Positions 41,187 through 50,786 are shown, counted from the first letter of the stretch. The stretch is DNA of 64,000 bases from Sphingomonadales bacterium (GCA_038319435.1 JBBQDG010000008.1:11319-75318), one strand, 5' to 3'. Program-made: numbers and translations. Notes: generated by a model from the sequence alone, not told the origin.

Positions 41187-41266
41187 CAAGCCGGTTGTTC
41201 GCGCCTATCCGCCTTCGTCACGGGGAAGGGCGATGGGCCAGTCACCAACGTTCGAAGTATCGGTCG

Positions 41267-41731
41267 ATGCAGCTTTCCCAACTCCTCGATTTCGATTCGA
41301 TCCGCATTGGCGTTGCGGCGCGCACGAAGCGCGGGCTGCTCAACCAGCTCGGGCTTGATGCTGCCCAGCGGCTCGGGGTCGATCCTGAGGCGATTCAGGC
41401 CTGCCTTGCTGAGCGTGAGCGGCTCGGGTCGACCGGGTTCGGCAACGGCGTTGCGATCCCGCACGGCAAGCTTGCCGGCCTTATGGGAATCTATGCGATG
41501 GTCGCGCGGCTAGCCGAGCCGATAGACTATAAGTCGGTCGACGAGGCGCCGGTCGACATCGTCTTTCTGATGTTGTCACCGCCCGATGCCGGGGCCGATC
41601 ATCTCAAGGCGCTGGCCGCGATCAGCCGCGTGGTGCGCAACGCTGCAACGCTCGAAAAATTGCGTGGGGCGCGAAGCCGCGACGCGTTCGCCGCGGTGCT
41701 CATCGGTGCCGATGAGCGCGATGCGGCTTGA
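41267..41731 (+). CDS. ptsN: PTS IIA(Ntr)
   Basis: ERERLGSTGFGNGVAIPHGK, VDIVF.MLSP, HLKALA. Confidence 0.93.
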   Translation: MQLSQLLDFDSIRIGVAARTKRGLLNQLGLDAAQRLGVDPEAIQACLAERERLGSTGFGNGVAIPHGKLAGLMGIYAMVARLAEPIDYKSVDEAPVDIVFLMLSPPDAGADHLKALAAISRVVRNAATLEKLRGARSRDAFAAVLIGADERDAA

Positions 41732-42078
41732 GCGGGCGCATGGATGAGGCGCGGCTGGTGGCGGGGGTCGAGGCCTCGGCGCTGATCCGCATCGCTCAGA
41801 CGCAGGGCGGGTTCGGAGCAGTTCTCCATAAGGGCGACACCGAGCGCGGTGCGTTGCTGATCGTGGTACTCGAGCGGGGAGTGTTGCACGCGATGCTGGC
41901 GCGGCAATTCGACGGTGTGCGCTATGCCTGGACACAGCTGCCGATCGATCTCGTCGATTCGGCTAACGCGCGATTGTTCCTCGAAAAACGCGCGCGCAAC
42001 GACCCCGATGAATGGCAAATCGAACTGGACACCCCGTCAGCGCAACGACTCGTCGCCGAAATGACCGCGGCGGGTTGA
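41728..42078 (+). CDS. DUF1491-family protein
   Basis: A.V..SALIR..Q..GGF..VL.KGD.ERG, DPD.W.IELD; downstream of ptsN. Confidence 0.8.
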   Translation: MSGRMDEARLVAGVEASALIRIAQTQGGFGAVLHKGDTERGALLIVVLERGVLHAMLARQFDGVRYAWTQLPIDLVDSANARLFLEKRARNDPDEWQIELDTPSAQRLVAEMTAAG

Positions 42079-42246
42079 ACGGCTCGTCTGAATGATGAAC
42101 GGACGATGACAGTTACAGAGCGGGGGGCATTCCCGTCGGCCAATCGGGTCCGGAATGCCACGCAGACGGGGTTCGAATTCGAGGGAAACTGAAGGCGGCC
42201 AGCGCCTCATTCCTCGCAACCGATCAACGCACAGTGAATGGTTTGA

Positions 42247-42921
42247 ATGTCCGTGTCGTTTCGCACCGCCTTGTTGGTGCTGGCCTCTTTGGCCTCTTCT
42301 TCGGTCGCTCCGGCGCAAGTCGTTCCGGCCTCGCTGATTGCAGCGTCGCTGACCCGGTACGAGCCGGTCATGGCGTCCAACGAGCTTCCCAAAATGATCG
42401 CCCCGGTGTCGATCGAAGCGCTGCCTGAAGCGCAGCCGCTGCTCAGCAACAGCCTCGATAAGGCCTCGTCTGAGAGCAATAACGCCAATGATATCAAGTC
42501 GGTTTCCGGTGAGACTCTGGCGGCGATGGTGTCGCGCCTGAAGAGCGTCACGCCCGGCAGCGCCGAGATCGAGTGCCTCGCCGGTGCGATCTATTTCGAA
42601 TCGAAGAGCGAACCGCTCGCCGGCCAGTTGGCTGTCGGCGAAGTCATCGCCAACCGCGCCAAGTCGGGCCGCTTCGCCTCGACCTATTGCGGGGTCGTGT
42701 TCCAGCGCGGCCAGTTCAGCTTCGTGCGCGGCCACGCCATGCCGGGGATCGCTCGTTCAGGCGCCCAGTGGAAGACCGCAGTGGCCGTCGCCCAGATCGT
42801 CGCCAGCAAGCTCAAATCGTCGAGTGCCCCGCGCGCGCTGTTCTTCCACGCCACGCGCGTTTCGCCAGCATGGCACGCGACGCGCGTCGCGACGATCGGG
42901 AATCATATCTTCTACCGCTGA
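42247..42921 (+). CDS. SleB-like cell wall hydrolase (Hydrolase_2)
   Basis: signal peptide, CLAGAIYFES, GQLAV..V..NR, CGVVFQ..QFSF, ALFFHA, IGNHIFYR. Confidence 0.92.
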   Translation: MSVSFRTALLVLASLASSSVAPAQVVPASLIAASLTRYEPVMASNELPKMIAPVSIEALPEAQPLLSNSLDKASSESNNANDIKSVSGETLAAMVSRLKSVTPGSAEIECLAGAIYFESKSEPLAGQLAVGEVIANRAKSGRFASTYCGVVFQRGQFSFVRGHAMPGIARSGAQWKTAVAVAQIVASKLKSSSAPRALFFHATRVSPAWHATRVATIGNHIFYR

Positions 42922-42982
42922 TAACAGCGGAGAAACCAGTCTCCGGGAGGGGACGAGCCGGGACCGGGAGCTACTGGCTTCC

Positions 42983-43008
42983 GGTCCTGCTTTGTTCTAG
43001 CATCGTGC
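42983..43008 (+). promoter_or_regulatory. alphaproteobacterial LexA (SOS) box upstream of mmcB
   Basis: GGTC-N7-GTTC-N7-GTGC against the consensus GTTC-N7-GTTC, ending 1 nt before the ATG. Confidence 0.55.
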
Positions 43009-43009
43009 G

Positions 43010-43495
43010 ATGGCGACCAGCCCGACTCCAGATTGCTTCATTGCTTCGCCACCGATCGCTGCAGAGGTGGCCCGGGGGGTCACCCGGCTGCTGTGCCGAC
43101 GCGACCTGTTCGCCATGTGTGAAGTTGCTCTTCCCAACGGTCGCCGCGCCGACCTGATGGCGATCGACGGGAAGGGCCTGCTGACGATTGTCGAGATCAA
43201 GGTCGCCAAGGCCGACCTGCTCGGTGACGGCAAGTGGCGCGATTATCTCGATTATTGCGACCATTTCTTCTGGGCGGTTCCGGCGGCTCTGGCCCCTCAC
43301 ACCGAAGCGGCCGATTTCCTGCCCGAAGAGGCCGGGCTGATCGTCGCCGATCGCTATGACGCCGCGGTGATCAGAGAGGCAGCGTTTCGTCCGCTCGCAC
43401 CGGCGCGGCGCAAGGCTGAGTTGCTGCGCTTTGCCAGGCGCGCAGCGCGTCGTCTGTCGGCGCAGATCGACCCGACGCTGGGCGACTGGAATTGA
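43010..43495 (+). CDS. mmcB: MmcB-family DNA repair protein
   Basis: E..LPNGRRADL, IVEIK...AD..GD.KW.DY..YCD.FFWAVP, ADRYDAAV.REA. Confidence 0.9.
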   Translation: MATSPTPDCFIASPPIAAEVARGVTRLLCRRDLFAMCEVALPNGRRADLMAIDGKGLLTIVEIKVAKADLLGDGKWRDYLDYCDHFFWAVPAALAPHTEAADFLPEEAGLIVADRYDAAVIREAAFRPLAPARRKAELLRFARRAARRLSAQIDPTLGDWN

Positions 43496-43504
43496 TTGAA
43501 AAGC

Positions 43505-44122
43505 CTATTTGAAGATCGGGCCCGAGATGATCTTTTTCGACGGTTTCACGCTTTCGATCAGCTTGGTCATCTCGCCCGACCGGTTATCGCGTTTGGCATA
43601 ATCGCGCGCGCTGTAGCCGGCGGCGGTATCATGCTTGTCGGGATTGGCACCGCGTTCCAGCAAGGCGCGGACCGTCGCCGGTTGCCGCACCTGGACCGCG
43701 ATGATCAGCGCCGTTTCCCCCAGCCGGTTGGCGCGGTCGACCATCGCGCCATGATCGAGCAGCAGAGCGACGCCGTCGCCCCACCCCAGCCTCGCCGCGA
43801 TCAACAAGGGGGTCTCGCCACGGTCGTCGCCGACATTGGGATCGGCGCCGCGACCAATCAAAAACCCCAGCCAGGTCGAATCGCGCCGCCGCGCGACCAC
43901 GTTGAGCGCAGTCTCTCCCTTGGCGCCGCGATAGGACAGCACGGTCGAGCCATTGGCTTCGAGCAGCGAAGTCGCCTTGCTGCCGTCGATTTCGCGCACC
44001 GCAGTGAGGAAGCTCTCGCCGTTGGTGCCGCCAATCCCCTGCGCCCAGAGGGGTGCCACGCCCGGTCCCCCGGCAAGCGCCAGGCCCAGCCCGATCATTG
44101 CTCCCAACACCCTGCCGCGCAT
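43505..44122 (-). CDS. secreted ankyrin-repeat protein
   Basis: signal peptide; repeats GETALNV, GETPLLIA, GETALIIA; start ATG 44122. Confidence 0.88.
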   Translation of the reverse strand: MRGRVLGAMIGLGLALAGGPGVAPLWAQGIGGTNGESFLTAVREIDGSKATSLLEANGSTVLSYRGAKGETALNVVARRRDSTWLGFLIGRGADPNVGDDRGETPLLIAARLGWGDGVALLLDHGAMVDRANRLGETALIIAVQVRQPATVRALLERGANPDKHDTAAGYSARDYAKRDNRSGEMTKLIESVKPSKKIISGPIFK

Positions 44123-44191
44123 ATAAAATCCCCGATCGCACGTTGCCGTGGCTTGAACCCGCGCCTGTGCCAGCCCATTGCTGGCCTGACG

Positions 44192-44629
44192 ATGAATAAT
44201 GCAATGCCTTTCTGGGAAAAGCCCTTGCGCGAGCTCGACAGCGCGCAGTGGGAGGCGCTGTGCGACGGATGCGGACGCTGCTGCCTTCACAAGCTCGAGG
44301 ACGAGGAGACGGGCGAACTCCACCCGACCAATGTCGCGTGCAAGCTGCTCGATCGGCGCACGTCGCGGTGCAGCGACTATAAGCATCGCCGCAAATATGT
44401 TTCGGATTGCGTCGTCCTCCACCGCGACCGGCTCGAGGAGCTGGAATGGCTGCCGACAACCTGCGCCTATCGCCTGCGCGGTGAGGGCAAGCCGCTGTAC
44501 CCGTGGCGTTATCTTGTATCGGGCGACCGCGAGAGCGTCCATGCGGCCGGGCAATCGACCCGCGGCTGGACGGTCAGCGAGGTCGATGCGGGGGAGCTCG
44601 AGCATCACATTGTCGATCGTTCGCTCTGA
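44192..44629 (+). CDS. YcgN-family cysteine cluster protein
   Basis: FWEK.L, WEALCDGCGRCCLHKLED, CSDY..R, WLP.TCAYR. Confidence 0.92.
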   Translation: MNNAMPFWEKPLRELDSAQWEALCDGCGRCCLHKLEDEETGELHPTNVACKLLDRRTSRCSDYKHRRKYVSDCVVLHRDRLEELEWLPTTCAYRLRGEGKPLYPWRYLVSGDRESVHAAGQSTRGWTVSEVDAGELEHHIVDRSL

Positions 44630-45314
44630 CGCGGGCGAGGTCGCGGGCGTCAAGCTGACCGTCCGCGTCCACCCCCGCGCGCGGCGATTGAAGCTCAGGT
44701 TCGACGACAAGCGCGGGGGCCTGTTGCTGACCGTCCCGCCGCGCACCTCGCGCCGTGCGGCGCTGGCGTGGGCGCAGACGCAGCGCGATTGGGTCACCGA
44801 TCAGCTCACCCGCCAACCCGCCGCGCAGCCGCTGATCCCGGGAGCGGTGATCCCGTTCGATGGCGAAGACGTCCGGCTGGCATGGGACGCCACGGGTGGG
44901 CGCAGTGTTCGCCGCATAGGCGATGCGCTCGTCTGTGGCGGACCTCGCGAAGGCTTTGAACGCCGCATCCAAGCCTGGCTCAAGGCCCGCGCCCGCGACG
45001 CCCTCTCCGCCGAGACCGCCCAGATCGCGACTGCTGCTGGCGTAACCATCCGCGCCGTCTCGATCGGTGACGCCGATTCGCGCTGGGGGAGCTGCTCGGC
45101 GGCGGGCGCGATTCGCTACAGCTGGCGGCTGATCCTCGCCCCGCCCCATGTCCGCCACTTCGTTGTCGCGCACGAAGTCGCGCACCGGCTGCACATGGAC
45201 CACAGCCCCGCGTTCAAGGCTGCCGAGGCGCGCCTGTACGGCGGTCCGGTCGCTCCGGCGCGCTTACTGCTGCGGCGGCTGTCGCCCGTCCTGCGCCGGA
45301 TTGGGCGGGAGTGA
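44610..45314 (+). CDS. M48/YgjP-like (DUF45) metallopeptidase
   Basis: SRWGSCS, YSWRLILAP, HEVAH.LHMDHSPAF; start (TTG 44610) uncertain. Confidence 0.85.
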   Translation: MSIVRSDAGEVAGVKLTVRVHPRARRLKLRFDDKRGGLLLTVPPRTSRRAALAWAQTQRDWVTDQLTRQPAAQPLIPGAVIPFDGEDVRLAWDATGGRSVRRIGDALVCGGPREGFERRIQAWLKARARDALSAETAQIATAAGVTIRAVSIGDADSRWGSCSAAGAIRYSWRLILAPPHVRHFVVAHEVAHRLHMDHSPAFKAAEARLYGGPVAPARLLLRRLSPVLRRIGRE

Positions 45315-47375
45315 GCCGGGCGGCGGCGGCGGCGGGGGCGGCCGTCGCTGCGCCCCGCGATTGAGCACCTCGTCGAGGAAATCCTGGTTGGGCGATCCGG
45401 TGCCGTCGGGGCGAGCCGCGGGCTGGCCGGAGGACGGCGTGCTGCCCGGATAGGGCGCGGGTCGATCACCCTGTGGGATCGGATTGCCGTCGGCGTCGAC
45501 CATTTGCGTTTCGGGCACCAGCAGGTTTCCGTCGACTGGCAGCCCCATCGCCTCTTCGTCGGGCTCGAGCTGCCAGTCAGGCAAGGGCACCTGCGTGTCG
45601 AACTGCTCGACCGGACGATTGGCGGTGGCGACGATCATATAGTCGTGGAAGGCGCGCGCCGGGGCGGTGCCGCCCTGCAGGCCCGGGATCGGGCGCGCGT
45701 CGTCCCGCCCCATCCACACGCCCGTCGTCAGGCCCGACGAGAAGCCGATGAACCAGCCATCCTTGTTCGAGCTGGTGGTCCCGGTCTTGCCCGCGACGGG
45801 ACGCCCGATCTGTGCCGCACGGCCGGTGCCCGACAGCACCGCCGACTGCAGCAAATCGGTCATCTCGGCCGCGACCCACGGCGCGACGAGCACGCGATTC
45901 TCGTTGGCATCGCGGGTGTAGAGCAGGCGCCCGTCGGCGGTGACGACCTTGCGAATGCCATAGGGGGTGACAGCGATACCATGGTTGCTGACCGACGCGA
46001 ACGCTTTGGTCATCTCTATGAGCCGCACATTGCTCGTGCCCAGCACCATCGCCGGATAGGTCGAAATCTCGCTGGTGATGCCGAACCGGCGCGCCATGTC
46101 GGCAATCGTCGCAAAGCCGAGCTTCGCCCCGATCTGCGCCGAAATCGTGTTGATCGACCGCGAAAAGGCCTCGCGCAGCGTCACTTGGCCAAGGTAGCCG
46201 CGGGTCGAGTTGCGCGGCTTCCACCCGGCAATGTCGACCGGCTGATCGACCATCGTGTCGGTCGGCTTCATCCCGCTCTCGAGTGCCGAGAGATAGACGA
46301 ACAGTTTGAACGACGATCCCGGCTGGCGCTCGGCCTGGGTCGCGCGATTGTAGATTGACGAGACATAGTCGCGCCCGCCCACCATCGCCCGCACCGCGCC
46401 GTCGCGATCGAGGCTGACCAGCGCGCCCTGCGCCCCGCCCGGCGCATTGGCGTTGATCGCTTGGTCGGCGACCCCCTGCAGTCGGGGGTCGAGTGTGGTC
46501 CACACGTCGATCGGCTCGTGCGTCTGGTCGATCAGCGTGTCGAGCTGGGGCATTGCCCAGTCGGTGAAGTAGCGCACGCTGTTCTGGCGCGGCGCAGCCT
46601 GCAGCTTGACGGTGGCGGGATCGACCCCGTCGGCGGCGGCGCGGCTGATGAAGCCATTGTCGACCATCGCTTTCAACACGATGGCGGCGCGACCGCGCGC
46701 GGCCTCGGCGTCGGCAGTCGGCGAATAGTTGGACGGCGCCTTGACCAGCCCGGCGATGATCGTCGCTTCGCCCAGGCTCAACTGGTCGGCGCCATGGCCA
46801 TAAAAAGTGCGCGAGGCGGCATCGATGCCATAGCTGCCGCCGCCGAAATAAACGCGGTTGAGGTAAAGCTCGAGGATCTGGTCCTTCGAGAATTTCGCCT
46901 CGAGCGCGAGCGCCAGCACTGCTTCCTGGATCTTGCGCGCGAAGGTGCGCTTGTTAGTCAGGAAAATATTGCGCGCGAGCTGCTGGGTGATCGTCGATCC
47001 GCCCTGCTTCCACTTGCCACTGCTGACCCGCACCTGAAGTGAGCGGACAATGCCGATCGGATCGACCCCGGGGTGAGAGCGAAACCTCTTGTCCTCGACT
47101 GCGATCATCGCCGCGCGCATCGTCGCCGGGATTTCGTCATAGCTCAGCCAGCGACCGAAGCTGGGGCCCAGCGAGATCAGCACCGATCCGTCGGCGGCGC
47201 GCAGTCGGATCATCTGGCCAAGGTCGCCGCGCTTCCTGAGCTGACCATAATCGGGGAGTTGTGATTCCGCGACCGCGACGGAAATCCCGAGGACGATCAG
47301 CAGGAAGGCGAGAATCCCGCCGGCCCAGATGAAGAAACGCTGCGTACGCGAGCGGGCGGAAATCGAAATGGCCAT
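45264..47375 (-). CDS. class A penicillin-binding protein (PBP1a)
   Basis: TG motifs EDKRF and GGSTITQQL; TP motifs SSFK, SIN, KTGT; Pro-rich tail. Confidence 0.95.
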   Translation of the reverse strand: MAISISARSRTQRFFIWAGGILAFLLIVLGISVAVAESQLPDYGQLRKRGDLGQMIRLRAADGSVLISLGPSFGRWLSYDEIPATMRAAMIAVEDKRFRSHPGVDPIGIVRSLQVRVSSGKWKQGGSTITQQLARNIFLTNKRTFARKIQEAVLALALEAKFSKDQILELYLNRVYFGGGSYGIDAASRTFYGHGADQLSLGEATIIAGLVKAPSNYSPTADAEAARGRAAIVLKAMVDNGFISRAAADGVDPATVKLQAAPRQNSVRYFTDWAMPQLDTLIDQTHEPIDVWTTLDPRLQGVADQAINANAPGGAQGALVSLDRDGAVRAMVGGRDYVSSIYNRATQAERQPGSSFKLFVYLSALESGMKPTDTMVDQPVDIAGWKPRNSTRGYLGQVTLREAFSRSINTISAQIGAKLGFATIADMARRFGITSEISTYPAMVLGTSNVRLIEMTKAFASVSNHGIAVTPYGIRKVVTADGRLLYTRDANENRVLVAPWVAAEMTDLLQSAVLSGTGRAAQIGRPVAGKTGTTSSNKDGWFIGFSSGLTTGVWMGRDDARPIPGLQGGTAPARAFHDYMIVATANRPVEQFDTQVPLPDWQLEPDEEAMGLPVDGNLLVPETQMVDADGNPIPQGDRPAPYPGSTPSSGQPAARPDGTGSPNQDFLDEVLNRGAQRRPPPPPPPPGSLPPNPAQDGRQPPQQ

Positions 47376-47389
47376 TGCGATGCATGGCT

Positions 47390-47423
47390 AGCGGGGCGCG
47401 CGCCGGAAGGGAAGCGCCCCGCT
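47390..47423. terminator. hairpin between msrB and the PBP1a gene
   Basis: AGCGGGGCGC...GCGCCCCGCT 10-bp inverted repeat; no U tract. Confidence 0.35.
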
Positions 47424-47427
47424 CGCG

Positions 47428-47853
47428 CTACTCGGCGCCGTCTTTAGGAGCGAACGCGAGCGACGCTGAATTGATGCAATAGCGAAGCCCGTCCGGTCCC
47501 GGACCGTCGGGGAAGACGTGGCCAAGATGGCCCTCGCATTTCGCACACCGCACCTCGGTGCGCGCCATGCCGTGGCTGCGGTCTGTGATTTCCTCGACCG
47601 CCTCGTCCGCAACCGGTGCAGTAAAGCTTGGCCAGCCCGATCCGCTGTCGAACTTGGTGTCGCTACCGAACAGCGGCTCACCGCAGGCACCGCAGACATA
47701 ATCGCCCGCCGCCTTGTTATTGAGCAGTTCGCCGCTGAACGGCGCTTCGGTGCCGGACTTGCGCAGGACGCGATAGCGCTCCTCGCCAAGCAGCGCGCGC
47801 CACTCCGCTTCGCTGCGCTCGATCTTGCTGTCCGATTGGTCGACACTCGCCAT
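47428..47853 (-). CDS. msrB: peptide-methionine (R)-S-oxide reductase
   Basis: [40 protein letters not shown]. Confidence 0.97.
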   Translation of the reverse strand: MASVDQSDSKIERSEAEWRALLGEERYRVLRKSGTEAPFSGELLNNKAAGDYVCGACGEPLFGSDTKFDSGSGWPSFTAPVADEAVEEITDRSHGMARTEVRCAKCEGHLGHVFPDGPGPDGLRYCINSASLAFAPKDGAE

Positions 47854-47915
47854 GCTGGCCTCCGCTTGCTTTGTTAGTGGTCGCTTAACCCTCTTTCAAC
47901 GCTTGGGCCCTAGCG

Positions 47916-48443
47916 ATGGCCCCCATGTTGGTGCGAACCCTGCTCGCTGCAATGGCGCTGGCGCTGGCCGTGGCGGGACGTTCCGGTCCGGCCGAGGCGC
48001 AGTGCCGGCTGTGCACCACTCCAACCACCGCCCCGGAGACCGACGTTGCCACCCCCGTAGCGCTCCAGGTCGAGGCCAATCTCGACTTCGACCGCATCGT
48101 CCTGTCGGGCAGCGGGGATGGCTCTGCGACGCTCGACCCCGACGGGTCGCGGCGCACGAGCGGCACGATCGTCTCGCTGGGCGGGCGAGCCATGGTCGGC
48201 AGCATCATGGTGCGCGGCGAGCCCGGCCGCACGGTGCTGGTCACCCTGCCCAAGCGAATCTCACTCCACGGTCTGACCGGGACCGATATCGTCATCGACG
48301 GCGTGACCAGCGACTTGCCCGGCGCACCGCGCATCGGCTCTGACGGGACGCTGGCTTTCCGCATCGGCGGCGCGCTTCACGTCTCGGGCGAAGTCGACGG
48401 CGAGTATCGCGGCGATTTCACCGTCGACGTCGACTATCTGTGA
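47916..48443 (+). CDS. DUF4402-like secreted pilin-like protein A (CxxC at mature N-terminus)
   Basis: signal peptide ending AEA, then QCRLC, NLDF, C-terminal GEYRGDFTVDVDYL. Confidence 0.8.
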   Translation: MAPMLVRTLLAAMALALAVAGRSGPAEAQCRLCTTPTTAPETDVATPVALQVEANLDFDRIVLSGSGDGSATLDPDGSRRTSGTIVSLGGRAMVGSIMVRGEPGRTVLVTLPKRISLHGLTGTDIVIDGVTSDLPGAPRIGSDGTLAFRIGGALHVSGEVDGEYRGDFTVDVDYL

Positions 48444-48603
48444 CAAGCCGGCAGAAGAAGCTCCATTCCGGATTAATCCTTAATTGCACGGTAACCCTGC
48501 TGGGGAGGAAAGCGGAAAGCCGACGCGGTTAATGACCTCTCCCACGGATGCCCGGACAATTTCCGGACAGGCGCCACCTTTCGACACCAAGTGGGGAATC
48601 AGG

Positions 48604-49119
48604 ATGCTCAATTCTCGGTATGTGATGCTCGTCGCCGGTGCGGCGATGCTTTCCGCTTCGCCGGCGCTCGCCGGTCCCGGTTCGCCGACCGCTCAGTCCG
48701 CGGTTGCGACAACCTATGCTCAAATCGTCGATCCGCTGACGATCACGAAGAATGTGGACATCAGCTTCGGCACGCTCGTCAAGTCGCCGGCGCTGACCGC
48801 CACCGCGGTGACCGTTACGCTCGACGGCAGCAACACGGTCGCCTGCCCGGCGGCGTTGCTGTGCAGCGGAGTGCCGACTTCGGCCAAGTTTACTGTTACG
48901 GGCACAACCGGCCAAACCGTCTATCTGACAACGGTCGCGTCGTTGATGAACGGCCCGTCAGGTGCAAAGCTGACATTCACTCCGATTGCGCCGACGACAC
49001 TTGTGGCCGCCAGCGGTCCGGGCACCTCGTTCACATTCGGCGGATCGATCCCCGTCGCGTCGGACACGCCCGCGGGTATCTACAACGGCGATGTGACGGT
49101 TACCGCCGACTATAACTGA
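48604..49119 (+). CDS. DUF4402-like secreted pilin-like protein B
   Basis: signal peptide ending ALA, AQIVDPL, DISFG, Cys pair, C-terminal GIYNGDVTVTADYN. Confidence 0.85.
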   Translation: MLNSRYVMLVAGAAMLSASPALAGPGSPTAQSAVATTYAQIVDPLTITKNVDISFGTLVKSPALTATAVTVTLDGSNTVACPAALLCSGVPTSAKFTVTGTTGQTVYLTTVASLMNGPSGAKLTFTPIAPTTLVAASGPGTSFTFGGSIPVASDTPAGIYNGDVTVTADYN

Positions 49120-49144
49120 TCGACCGGAAACCCTGGTTCGGGTT

Positions 49145-49174
49145 GGGGGCTGCCGGAAACGGCGGCCCCTTTTT
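49145..49174 (+). terminator. intrinsic terminator after pilin-like B
   Basis: GGGGCTGCCG-GAAA-CGGCGGCCCC-TTTTTT. Confidence 0.9.
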
Positions 49175-49308
49175 TCATGTCCGATCCGGAGCTTTCCTAA
49201 ACACCGTGGTAACCATCATCGACAGCGAAGCCGCAACGCCTGCTGGTTAATGAGGTGCTGACCACGCCGCATCGTGCCGGTGAGGACCAGACCAGTGGGA
49301 AGTAATTC

Positions 49309-49818
49309 ATGACCAAATTTGCTCGATTGCTGACGGCCGCTGCCGTCGCCACCCTCTTCGCCAGCCCGGCGCTAGCCGTGCCGGTCGGTGCCACCACCGC
49401 CGCCACCGCCAAGGCGCAGATCGTCAAGCCGCTGGTGCTGACCGCGAAGACCAATATGGATTTCGGCACCATCCTGCTCACCAGCCTCGTTGCCGGACCG
49501 ACCTACACCGTCACCCTGACCAGCGGCGGCGCGTTGACTTGCACGAGCGGGCTGACCTGCTCGGCCACCGGCATCCCCGCGACCTTCAACGTGCAGGGCT
49601 CGAATAACCAGCTCGTGAAAATCTACACAGCGGCGAGCAGCTTCACGAACGGTACGACGACGCTTTCGATTACGCCGAGTGCCGCCGGCTCGCTGACGCT
49701 CACGAACTCGGGATCGCCGGGGCTCGATTTCAACGTCGGCGCCTCATTCCCGATCACCAGCGCCACCACTGAAGGTGTCTACACCGGCAACCTCAACGTG
49801 ACGGTCGATTACAACTAA
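49309..49818 (+). CDS. DUF4402-like secreted pilin-like protein C
   Basis: signal peptide ending ALA, AQIVKPL, NMDFG, Cys pair, C-terminal GVYTGNLNVTVDYN. Confidence 0.85.
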   Translation: MTKFARLLTAAAVATLFASPALAVPVGATTAATAKAQIVKPLVLTAKTNMDFGTILLTSLVAGPTYTVTLTSGGALTCTSGLTCSATGIPATFNVQGSNNQLVKIYTAASSFTNGTTTLSITPSAAGSLTLTNSGSPGLDFNVGASFPITSATTEGVYTGNLNVTVDYN

Positions 49819-49845
49819 TCGCTCGCTCAATCGAGTGGACCAGGA

Positions 49846-49874
49846 GGGGTCGCCGGCAACGGCGGCCCTTTTTG
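49846..49874 (+). terminator. intrinsic terminator after pilin-like C
   Basis: GGGGTCGCCG-GCAA-CGGCGGCCCT-TTTTT. Confidence 0.88.
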
Positions 49875-49961
49875 CTGTCCCGGCAATGAGTGCCGCGATG
49901 GTTAGCAGTTAAATAACCATTTTGGTCGAAAAGCATCTCCAGATTGGATGGAGATTTGCTC

Positions 49962-50786
49962 GTGACCCTATTCCCGCGTTTCGCTCGCCTTGCGCTCGCC
50001 GCCCCGCTCGCCGTCGCCGCGCTGGCGACCCCTGCAACCGCCGGGATCGGTGACCTGCTTGTCGCCCCGACCCGCATTGTTCTCAACGGCAGTCGCGGCA
50101 CGCAGATCATTCTCAATAATATCGGCGACGACGTCGCGACCTATCGCGTCAGCCTTGAGCTGCGCCGGATGAACCCCGACGGATCATTGAGCGACGTTGC
50201 CGCGCCAAACGCCGCGGAGAAGGCGGCCGAGGACATGATCCTTTATGCCCCGCGCAAGGTCACGCTGCCGCCCAACCAGCCGCAGACGATCAACATTTCC
50301 GCGCGCGCCCCGGCCGGATTGGCCGACGGCGAATATCGCGTCCACCTGCTGTTTCGCGCCATTCCCAAGCCGCGCCCTGTTACGGCCGCCCAATCAGAGG
50401 CAAAGGGTATCAGCTTCTCGCTGACCCCGGTCTATGGCGTGACCATCCCGGTCATCGTCCGCCTAGGCTCGCTTTCAGCTAAAGCCGGGATCGCCAATGT
50501 CCACATGGCTTCCGAAGGCGGCAAGCCCGCAGTGGCGATGGACCTGACCCGCACCGGCAGCCGCTCGACCTATGGCGAAGTGCGCGTGATCAAGGCCGGG
50601 ATCAAGGACCCGATCGCGATCCAGCGCGGCATCGCGGTCTACACCGAAGTCGGCCAGCGCAGCGTCTCGATCCCGGTCAGCGACAAGCTCGCGTCCGCCG
50701 CCAACGGCCCGGTGACCGTGCAATATCTAGAAACGACAGAGGCCGGCACCCAGGTGATCGCCCAGACCAGCGCGGTGCTGCGCTAG
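49962..50786 (+). CDS. PapD-like periplasmic pilus chaperone
   Basis: signal peptide, LLVAPTRIVL, YAPRKVTLPPNQPQTI, GEYRVHLLF, IPVIVR; GTG start with GGAG SD. Confidence 0.8.
   Translation: MTLFPRFARLALAAPLAVAALATPATAGIGDLLVAPTRIVLNGSRGTQIILNNIGDDVATYRVSLELRRMNPDGSLSDVAAPNAAEKAAEDMILYAPRKVTLPPNQPQTINISARAPAGLADGEYRVHLLFRAIPKPRPVTAAQSEAKGISFSLTPVYGVTIPVIVRLGSLSAKAGIANVHMASEGGKPAVAMDLTRTGSRSTYGEVRVIKAGIKDPIAIQRGIAVYTEVGQRSVSIPVSDKLASAANGPVTVQYLETTEAGTQVIAQTSAVLR

Noticed and set aside
45300-45345. GGC/CGG microsatellite at the PBP1a 3' end
   Set aside because: Simply encodes a poly-Pro tail; no sign of phase variation
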